Below, piece by piece: positions 1-9,500 of a stretch of DNA of 64,000 nucleotides; position 1 is the stretch's first letter, and every line of letters starts with the position of its first letter. The translations under genes and the position numbers were made by a program. The notes beneath the pieces are model-generated. The model searched no databases, had not been told where the DNA came from, and saw only the letters and a list, made by a program, of their open reading frames with translations. Origin of the DNA: Clostridia bacterium (GTDB lineage Bacteria; Bacillota; Clostridia; Christensenellales; UBA1242). The stretch is taken from assembly GCA_045654505.1 (NCBI GenBank), contig JAZONM010000007.1, forward strand, positions 50,704 through 114,703. The letters run 5' to 3'.

Positions 1-563
1 TCTCGCTCCAAAATCTCACAATTGCCAAAGACAGAAATCATATGTTTTTTCATACTCTCCATTCCATGCGATTTGCGAATGACAAGTACCATATGTCCGT
101 TTTTTTTCATTTTTTCATATCCACCACTTACCACACTAAACAATATTTCTTTCCCTACCTTGATTGGTGGATTGGTGACAATATAATCAAATTGGCCGTC
201 AATATTGTCGTATAAATTACTCTCAATAATTTCTGCAGAGACCTTATTATTTTTTATATTTTCCAATGACAACTCTACACATGTCTTATTTACATCTGCC
301 ATTATAATATTTATATTTGGATATTCGGTCTTAAGCACAACACCAATTACACCGACACCACAACCAAAATCTAGCACATTGCCTTCAAGATGTTGGTAAT
401 TATCCAGTACGGCATTAAGCAAAACCCTTGTTCCGTCATCAATTTTGTCTTTACTAAATACACTATCGACCGACTTAAATTTATATGTTTTGCCTCCAAT
501 AGAGTCGCTATAAAAGAAATAATCTTCTTTTTTATGTTCTTTTGATATGAAATAATGCTCCAT
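1..563 (-). CDS. Class I SAM-dependent methyltransferase, RsmC/YbxB-like (partial; C-terminal end lies beyond window start)
   Basis: Not in the ORF track because it is open at the window edge. Manual minus-strand translation from ATG 563-561 (RBS GGGAGA upstream) gives MEHYFISKEHKK...GNVLDFGCGVGVIGVVL (SAM-binding GxGxG) ...FDYIVTNPPIKVG (NPP motif). Confidence 0.8.
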   Translation of the reverse strand, partial: MEHYFISKEHKKEDYFFYSDSIGGKTYKFKSVDSVFSKDKIDDGTRVLLNAVLDNYQHLEGNVLDFGCGVGVIGVVLKTEYPNINIIMADVNKTCVELSLENIKNNKVSAEIIESNLYDNIDGQFDYIVTNPPIKVGKEILFSVVSGGYEKMKKNGHMVLVIRKSHGMESMKKHMISVFGNCEILER

Positions 564-575
564 ATATCTCCCTTT

Positions 576-607
576 AAAAAAACAACACAATAAGTGTTGT
601 TATTTTT
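576..607 (-). terminator. Hairpin between the MarR gene and the methyltransferase gene
   Basis: 8-bp stem aacaacac/gtgttgtt (581-588/594-601) with a 5-nt loop, flanked by an A-run and a T-run. It lies about 30 nt after the MarR stop. The downstream gene starts only about 20 nt later, so it may act as an attenuating intercistronic hairpin. Confidence 0.5.
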
Positions 608-637
608 ATATCAAATTATAGATTTTTTAGCAATGGA

Positions 638-1069
638 TTAGGTGCGTCTACGCAAAAACTCCAAAATATTGTCCATTTTGCGCTCAATTGTTTTTTTCTC
701 ACGAGCTGTACGATAATATGCTGGATTTTTCTCTTTCATCTCAAGCAAGTATTCGTTTACTTCTTCTTGACCTTTCTCGGTGATTTTGTAATAAATGCCA
801 CGTTTGTCTTGCTCGTTTTTAGTCTTTTCTATAACACCCTCTTTTAAAAGACCACGACAAAGAAGTGTAAGATTGCTCTTAGCAATACCCAGTCTTTTTA
901 TAAAATAATTTGGTGACAAAGACTCCTCTTGTGATAATAAAAATAAAAAACGTGTACGAAGTGTCAATGAACATTTTTTACTATTATTTGCCTTGTCAAA
1001 ACCATCACAAAGTTCTTCAAGTTTGATACGCAAATCAAGTAATTGTTGTTGTAATCTTATATCTTCCAT
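638..1069 (-). CDS. MarR-family winged-helix transcriptional regulator
   Basis: 143-aa ORF with RBS AGAGGAAG. wHTH segment FIKRLGIAKSNLTLLCRGLLKEGVIEKTKNEQDKRGIYYKITEKG is typical of MarR. Confidence 0.8.
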   Translation of the reverse strand: MEDIRLQQQLLDLRIKLEELCDGFDKANNSKKCSLTLRTRFLFLLSQEESLSPNYFIKRLGIAKSNLTLLCRGLLKEGVIEKTKNEQDKRGIYYKITEKGQEEVNEYLLEMKEKNPAYYRTAREKKTIERKMDNILEFLRRRT

Positions 1070-1287
1070 ATACTTCCTCTAATGTTGTTTTATCAAAATT
1101 TCTTAGTTATTATAATATAATTATTGTCAAAAATCAAACATTATTGAAAAATATTTATGTAAAGATTTTACCAATTTCTCACTTAGCCCTAAAATAAGCC
1201 ATATTTTGAATATAAAAAATATTTTTTTGTATCTTTTAAGTTTTGCAATTACTTGTTTCAAATGGTTTTGTAAATAAAATACAAAGA

Positions 1288-1295
1288 TGTATAAT
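1288..1295 (+). promoter_or_regulatory. Extended -10 element (TGTATAAT) for pyk
   Basis: TG-T-ATAAT at 1288-1295, about 20 nt upstream of the GGAGA RBS and ATG 1315. The -35 is weak (tttgta at 1267-1272). Confidence 0.5.
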
Positions 1296-1314
1296 ATAAC
1301 AAATGGAGAAAAAT

Positions 1315-2730
1315 ATGTTGAGAAAAACTAAAATCATAGCGACCATTGGTCCTAGTTGTGACAATTATAAGACTATAAAAGAAATGGTACAAGCAGGGCT
1401 TAATGTGGTGCGCCTTAATATGAGTCATGGCACACGCGAATCCCATCAGGTAGTAGTAGACCTTGTAAAACAGCTACGTAAAGACTTAAATATTTCGCTT
1501 CCTATCATGATGGATAATCGTGGACCCGAAATACGTGTGAGAAAGTTTAAGGAAGGTAGCGTAGAAATACGTCGTGGCCAAACTTTTATGTTTACAAGTA
1601 ACAATATCGTAGGAGACGAAAATAGAGTTTCACTAAGTTATCCTGAGATAATAAAAGATATCAATATTGGCGACAAAATACTTGCTTGCAATGGACTTAT
1701 ATCTTTTAAGGTAATAGACAAAACAAAAGACGCCGTACTTTGTAAAGCCCAAAACAGTGGAATATTGTCCAATCACAAATCTTTATTTTTACCAAACACC
1801 AAATTGAATATCCCATACCTAAACGAAGAAGACATGAAAGATATCGAGTGGGCTGCTAAAAACAATCTTGAGTATATGGCATGTTCGTTTATAAACAAAG
1901 CACAAGATATTGAGGACGTAAGAAAATATATTGCAAAACACAACGGACACATGGACCTTATTGCAAAAATTGAAAGCAAACAAGGCGTGAAAAACTTAGA
2001 TGAGATTTTGGACGCAAGTGACGGTGTTATGGTAGCTCGTGGTGATTTAGGCGTGGAAATACCTCTTCAAAACTTACCTAAAATACAAAAAGAAATCATA
2101 TTCAAAACCCAACAAAAAGGTAAATTTTGCATAACAGCCACAGAAATGCTTGAAAGTATGATACATTCCCCAAGACCTACTAGAGCAGAAACAAGCGACG
2201 TAGCAAATGCTGTTTTTGACGGAACAAGCGGAATTATGCTATCGGGAGAAACGGCTGTGGGAAAATATCCTGTAAGTGCTGTACGAATCATGAGCGAGAT
2301 TGCAAAACAAGCAGAAAAAAGTTGTGATTACGATAAACGATTTAGGGAATTTAAATTTACAGCAAAAAATTTCTCTGACGTAATCTCGTACAATACAGTA
2401 TCTTGTAGTTTTACAACCAACAATAAAGCAATCATGGTGCTTAGTGACAGTGGAAGAAGCCCTCGTATGATTTCGAGATTTAAGCCCGACTCACCTATCA
2501 TTGCAATAACCGACAATAAAGATGTTTATCAAAAATTAAATATGCTTTGGGGCATATATCCGGTACTTTCTACCCTACCTCAATTACAACTTAATGCGAT
2601 AATCAATATGTGTAATGAGGTTGCTAAAAGCGAAGGCTTTGCAAATAAAAACGACGTAATAATAATTGCAAATGCAAGCAGATACAATGAAATTGATACA
2701 GACTTTATAAAACTTCATGTAGTAAAATAA
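1315..2730 (+). CDS. pyk: Pyruvate kinase
   Basis: ORF 1303..2730. I prefer ATG 1315 because GGAGA lies 5 nt upstream. MLRKTKIIATIGPS...VVRLNMSHG...MVARGDLGVEIP...ATEMLESMI match pyruvate kinase hallmarks. Confidence 0.95.
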   Translation: MLRKTKIIATIGPSCDNYKTIKEMVQAGLNVVRLNMSHGTRESHQVVVDLVKQLRKDLNISLPIMMDNRGPEIRVRKFKEGSVEIRRGQTFMFTSNNIVGDENRVSLSYPEIIKDINIGDKILACNGLISFKVIDKTKDAVLCKAQNSGILSNHKSLFLPNTKLNIPYLNEEDMKDIEWAAKNNLEYMACSFINKAQDIEDVRKYIAKHNGHMDLIAKIESKQGVKNLDEILDASDGVMVARGDLGVEIPLQNLPKIQKEIIFKTQQKGKFCITATEMLESMIHSPRPTRAETSDVANAVFDGTSGIMLSGETAVGKYPVSAVRIMSEIAKQAEKSCDYDKRFREFKFTAKNFSDVISYNTVSCSFTTNNKAIMVLSDSGRSPRMISRFKPDSPIIAITDNKDVYQKLNMLWGIYPVLSTLPQLQLNAIINMCNEVAKSEGFANKNDVIIIANASRYNEIDTDFIKLHVVK

Positions 2731-2735
2731 AAACA

Positions 2736-2762
2736 AAACCCACCGAATTGGTGGGTTTTTTA
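2736..2762 (+). terminator. Rho-independent terminator of pyk
   Basis: aaacccacc-gaatt-ggtgggttt stem-loop followed by a T-run. Confidence 0.85.
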
Positions 2763-2774
2763 TACATCATTAAA

Positions 2775-3281
2775 TTAAAGCACTATTACGCACACTAAGA
2801 AAATCACCACAAGACAGAACGCAACAAGCATTATGTTTTCCTTAATATAATTGAAGATTGCGCCAATCACATTAGAGTGATACACTACTTTTCCTACAAA
2901 AACATCAGGACTTACTGTTTGGGTATTATCAAGAGCGATAGTAGGATTGTCTCCGCGAGCTATCCAATATGTTTTTGTCTCGCCATTCACTTCTACTTCT
3001 TTAGAGCCAACAACCCTATGGGTAAATGTAGTTGCACCGGCTCCCCAAGTAACAACATCATTTATCTCGACATCTTCATAATAATCACATGGTGCAAGTA
3101 GGATTATGCAACTTTTTGTCTTGTATGTAGGCTCCATACTAGAAGTAACTACAAATTTTACTTTAAATCCCGCAAGCAAAGCAACGGCAAAAGTAACTAC
3201 CATGCCAATAACTATCGATAATGCAACCACTTTAATCCAGTGTGCAACTTTATTTTTCTTTACAAATACGTTGTTTGTCAT
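2775..3281 (-). CDS. sipW: Signal peptidase I, SipW/ER-type (S26 family)
   Basis: 168 aa with RBS AGAGGG. It has an N-terminal TM, the catalytic Ser motif VTSSSMEPTY, His in FTHRVVG, ARGDNP and a C-terminal TM. This architecture matches SipW-type SPases. Confidence 0.8.
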   Translation of the reverse strand: MTNNVFVKKNKVAHWIKVVALSIVIGMVVTFAVALLAGFKVKFVVTSSMEPTYKTKSCIILLAPCDYYEDVEINDVVTWGAGATTFTHRVVGSKEVEVNGETKTYWIARGDNPTIALDNTQTVSPDVFVGKVVYHSNVIGAIFNYIKENIMLVAFCLVVIFLVCVIVL

Positions 3282-3483
3282 AATGCCCTCTTTTTGTACT
3301 TGATTATTATAACAAATTTAGACGCAAAGACAAAATCAATACACATGATTAAAAATTATTTTTACACTATTTCAATTTGAAAATTTTACCAAAGACAACT
3401 ATATATTCTGTCAACAACAAAATTACAGATGCATATATCAAAATTCAAACAAAACAATAGTATACATTTGAATCTTTGGACAA

Positions 3484-3512
3484 ACAAAAAAGAAGGCGAT
3501 TGCCTTCTTTTT
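3484..3512 (-). terminator. Rho-independent terminator of the giant surface-protein gene
   Basis: agaaggc-gatt-gccttct hairpin directly after stop 3513, with a T-run on the minus strand. Confidence 0.85.
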
Positions 3513-6500
3513 TTAAGCTGCGATAATATATGGAGGTAATGTATTGCTTGTCAATCCATAATTTTCATTGATTACAAAACGAACTGTAAGTTCTTCATAA
3601 TCTAATGTGTTTTGCTCAGATATGCTACCATCTACATCAATTCCGCTTAGTATGTATGCCACTATCAAATTGGCATTTCCACTATCAGAATACAAAATAC
3701 TACTTACCTCGCTCGAACTCACATCACCATTGCCTGCGTTTCCGCCTGAAATGGAAGTAAGTGGAGTGTTTTCGTATAGGTCTGTAAAGTCGTCAGCTGC
3801 GCAAGATAATACAAATCCTACTATCGAGCCAATACGAGTCTCTGGAGTCTCTGAATTGTGGTTGATTGTATTAACAACAACATAACTATCCTTAATCTTT
3901 CCGGTATTTGTATTGTCATTATATGTTTCATTGTATCCAATCAAACCACCAAAATAGATGTTTGATTTATTATTGTATTCGGTATTGATTGTATCCATGA
4001 ATACAAAACTTGATGTAATGTTACCTTTATTTCTACCTACCAAACCACCAAAGTATGAGAATACTGATTGAATAGATACACCATTTTCTCTAATATATCC
4101 TATGACATTGATTTGTGCTTGAGCATTACTGAAGAGAATACTAGCATCAGCATTGTTTTCAAATGCGATTCCACCGATATTGTTGGCTTTAATAGATGTT
4201 GTATTTTTTACAGTACAATTATAAATCTTGCTATTTTCGTCCACGTAATTATTGCTGTAAGTAATTCCGCCGACATATCCCGCACAATTAGAACCTGTAG
4301 AAACAGCTTCTATGATACTCTCTACAGCACAATTTTCCAAAGTTCCGTAGTTGTTGATAGAGATGCCGCCTATTTTAGCATCTTTATTATTGGAATGTAG
4401 ATATATACCAGTAATAGTAATATCTCCTGCGCTTACCTTGATATCTTTCTCGGCATTCAATTTTACATTACAACCTAGAATTTTACCGTAGTTGTTTTGT
4501 GCAATTCCGGCAAATGTAAGATTTTTGTATGCAAAACCATATGCACTTCCCTCAATAGTCAAATTCTTCACTTGACCATAATTGTTTTGTGTAATAATTG
4601 CCATATTTAGGGTATTGTTTTGATTATTGATATCCACAACACTTGAAATGTTTTCAAAATTTATTCTCTCAATAATACCATTTTCACCAATTGTATTGAA
4701 TAGAGAAGAGTTGTTTACACCATTTGCAAGTTTGTTTGGAACAACAAGATTCGAAACTGTAAAGCCAAATGCATTGATGTGTCCATCAAATTGTGCAATT
4801 TGTGTCCATGACACACCTTGCATATTAATATCATTCATAAGTACAACATGTGAAGTAGGACGATATTGAATATTGGTAAACATTTTTGCAAGTTCGGCAT
4901 TATTGTTGTAGTCATGATAAATCATGTATGGATCTTCTTCTGTACCTGTACCAGCATAGAAAAGCTCGTTGTTGGTTATGGTGAATACTGGAGTGTAGTC
5001 AGAAGTCGAATTTGTAGTGTAATATCTAAGTTTGATTTGCACTCCTGGAGTAATGTAAGGACAATAGAATACTTCGTCTTTGCCTTCGCTATACTCCCAA
5101 GTATAACTTATACCTTCAGTCACTGCCACTTCGTCGCGAGTATTGGTTCCTGCATCAAACACATATGTGCTTGCGTATACTATTACAATCTCGACATTGT
5201 GTGCAAGGCTATTCTCATTTACTACAGTTTTTTCATTGATTGTGTCGCCATATTTAGCGCCACCTTTCCATCTAATAACACCTTTATCATAAGAAAGTAG
5301 ATTTGGGATAGCTTCTGGAATACTTACTGTATGAGATTTTGGTTCGCTCGAAGCATAACCTAAAGTCTCGACAATATTTGCATCCGCTGAATACTCTGTT
5401 GTGTTGCCCATAGCTGTAACAATAACATCTACAGTAGACACACCATAAGCAAACATCGCCTTTAGATTGAAGCATAGATACTCTGGATTTTCATTTGACA
5501 ATACAAAGTACTCCGAATCATTTAATCCTGTGCTTGGATCTACATAGTAGTAATATGGGTCGCCAAGTATCTTTTCATTTTGAGGATTGTAAAGTTCGAC
5601 TTTATACGCATAAGCTTCTTCATTCACTTTCCACTTAACATAATTGTCGTATCCGCAGTCATTACCTTTGTATACGCCATTTAAGATTTCATCTACTTGA
5701 CTTAATTTCTTAACAAGTATTTTGCTTTCACTTGAAGACAATTGATATACACCTTCACTCTCTTCTCTGCTTTCGAATTGAACAGTCACTACATAATATC
5801 CAGCATTGCCAGACAAATTATAGGAAGTGATTGTAGGATCTACAATAGTCTCACTTTCAATAGGAGTTGTACCTATTATTCCTTCTGCATTACTAGTATA
5901 TATAGATACTTTAGTGCTTGAAGATGTCAAAGTCTCACTCATATTTGTAGACCAAACCACTTTTCCATTCTCAAGATGCAATTGTGGTTCGTACATTTTC
6001 TTAACTAGCATTGGATCACAATAAAGACCATTTAGTTTTTCTGTACTTCCCGAATTGTATTTTACAGATATTTGATATTCACCTGCACCCCAATCCTTAT
6101 TGAAATAGAATGAGTTATTGTTGTAGATGCTTTCAGTATTTCTTACACCATTTATAATTACAGAATAAGTGCTTGCATTTATGTTTGAATCCCAAATGAT
6201 TAGATTTCCTGAATCATTGTATTCTACTCTAAGACCTGTTACTTTTGGTAATTGTTCAAAGTATCTTCTATCGCCTTGAGCATTTGCAGGTTGATTAGAA
6301 TAACCATTTACAAAATAAACCATTTCACTGTTTACTTCGCGACTTTGTCCAAGAGGTGTGATTTGGATACTATATCCCAAAGTCTCTTGACCATCATCAA
6401 ATTCGTCACATTCAAAGAAATTGTTGCTTGTATAGCGTGGTCCGATATTTTTTACACTATTGTCAGCAAGCAATTTGTATATCATTACTTTATAGAAATT

Positions 6501-9500
6501 GCAATTATCTACTGGATTCCAATAGAAATTACCATCTTGAATGTATACTTTATTTATACCCACTGTCTTAAATTCAACTGTTTTTAGTGTGGATACACAT
6601 ACATAACTTGGATTGTCACCATTTGCAATGTATGTTGTGTTGTTTCCGGCATATTTTACCGCTACTCTGTATCTTGTATTTCCCTCAATGCCTGCAGCTT
6701 TTGCTTTGTCATCATCAAACGAGAAATACGAGTCCTCACTATTAAGGTCAATTTTTATTACGCTCTCATCTTTCCACCAAGTATTGCCGATGGCTTGAGC
6801 GTCGCTTTCTTTCATTACGTATAGGATATGTGTAATATCTGTACTTATTGCATTTTGTCCCCATTTTACAATTCCGCCAAGAGTTGTGTCTTCATCAGAA
6901 TATGTAATATCAAGTTGGCCCAAGAATGCAATTGATACTGGAGAGTAGAAATTACTACGAAGATTTAGGGTATAACCCGAATTCATATCGCCACTGAATG
7001 TACCACAAGTACATATTTTATAAGTGTATGTTATGTTTGGAGTGATTTCATTTCCACCCATATCAGCACCAAGAGTTTTTAAATCAATGACATATGCAAA
7101 TTCTGGGTGGTCATCTGGCACGTAAATTTGCCATTGCAATACTACCGCCCCATCTGCAGGAATACCATATAGATAGTATTCTCTTACATAGTTGGTCACC
7201 AAATCATCTCCGTCTTTTGTTACGGTAGTAACCATATTAAATTTGATTGTTCCATTCTCCGAAACAATCCCTGCCGGAACAGTAGATTTGTATGCTGTAA
7301 GTGTTTCAGATGGTAGAGATGGCAGATATGTAGGCGCAACAGGCAGGTCACTGCCGTCCAAAATCAAATTACCGTCCTCGTCTACACAAGTTTTGTTTCC
7401 TTGTGATTGCACAACAACATCATATTTAGTAGGACTTGTTACATTATCAGTAATCTCATAGTAGTACATGATTGTGCTGTCAAAACCTACTGTATATTTG
7501 TCAGGTATTATTTCATAAGGAGTATTATTGATTGTAATAATGAAGTTCCAGTAAGGATACAACTCTTCATAGGTGTATTTTTCCTCATCTGTTTCTTCAA
7601 ATGCGTCTGGATTTGATTTGTATTTATTAAACAAATCATAAGCTCTTAACAATTGGTCCATAGTCAATGAAGATATATCCACTTTCCATGTGATAAGGCC
7701 TTCATTAACCATAAGCTCGGAAACTTCAAGTGCACGATTTACAGTAAGTGTAATCGCTTTACTTGTATTTACAAGATAATAAGATGTTTCAAGGCTTAGA
7801 GGCACTACACAAACAACATAATCTTTGCTTGAGTCACTTACAAAACTATCTTTATCAAGGTCATAACTTACAATATCATTTGAATTCGAAATTGTACGGT
7901 ATACGGTATTTGTACCATCTGAAATAGAAAGTTGGTATTTTTGTACACCTTCTACTTTATTCCAAGAAAGTATACCTTTTTCTACTTTTGTACTGATTTT
8001 GTCACTTACAAATGTGATTGTAATACTATTGGACAATGCCGAATCTAAATATCCGACACCTGTACCCGAAGTAGCACTACCCTTAGCATAAATAGTCACT
8101 GTATAACTTCCTTCTGTCAATGGAAGGTCCGCAATATCATAGTAATTGGTACTTTGTCCACTTACAGCAATCTCTGCTGTGTTTTCGCCGTCAGACACAA
8201 GTAAAACATAACTTGTAGCATTAGGCACAGCAGTCCAAGTCAATCTACCGCTCACACCCTCATGTGTATTGATACTCAAATCGCTTATTGCAGTAAGTTT
8301 GTTTACTGTAAGAGGTGCAGATAGATTGCTATTGATAAAGTTGGAGTTTTCCTCTGCTATTGTCATTAGTTTTAGAGTTGTGTTTTGTCCCGCAACAAGT
8401 GCAGATGGATTTAGCACAATTTCACAAACATCCCCTGTCTTAACAACATAAGCAGATGTTTCGAATAGAGTGTATGTGTCTGTTTCGGCATTGCTCAATA
8501 CATATACACGATATTCTTTTGCATTTTCAACTTTGTTAAATACAATCTTGCCATTATTTACGGTCATATTAGCAGATGCAATTCTACTTACAAATTCACC
8601 GTCATTGTACTTAACAATATTCGAACTTAATATTAGATTTTCATTACCAATAAATTGTACACTAATCGAATAAGAGCCCTCTACCAATTCTTCTTTTTCA
8701 TATAGATTGATAGAAACTCCTTGTTCGCAAGTATATTCAAAATCGTCACTTTCATCTTGCATGCTAACTACGATTTTTGCATACAGTGGACTGTCGCTAC
8801 CAGTAATGCTTTCATAAGCACCCCAGTACAATACACCATCCGATAACCTAATATTGCTTGGGTCTGTAAGTTTTACAATAGTAATCTTTTGAGGTTCGCT
8901 ATTCAAATAACCTATATCACTAGCACCTGTAGTAGAACTACCAAGCGCAACAATTGTGATTTCGTACTTTCCGCTGTCCTCAAAACTACTATTTGGAACA
9001 CTATTTTGCACAACGTCGGTACCTAAAGTAGCATTGTACGCAAATCCATTGATACCATTTAGGATATAACCTTCATTATGCAATACATTACTCCAAGTAA
9101 GTTTGCCACCTACCTTAGTAAAGTCTTGCACCATGTCAAGTTTTATTACGCTTCTAACACTACTAATATTGGAATTGACGTATTCGCCGCCCAAAACTTT
9201 AATTGCAAATTTGTATTCAGTATTTGCACTAAAGCTATCAAAATTAACAACTACTTTACCATTTCCAGAGCTTACGCTCGAACTTACTGTATCACTTACA
9301 AGTGTATCGTCCATATCATACATATAGACTCTATAACCTACAGCACCGTCCACTCCATTAAATACAATTTCGCCATTTTTAACAGATAGACTTGTGCCTG
9401 AAATCTTTGAGAAAGTAAGAGTTGAAGTTTTGCCATCAATTACATTAGAGTTTTCTTTTGCAAATGCTTGCATAACTACTGAATACTCGCCACTAGCCAA

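Noticed and set aside
205-399. 64-aa plus-strand ORF near the window start
   Set aside because: It is antisense to the partial methyltransferase gene, which the ORF track missed because it is open-ended.
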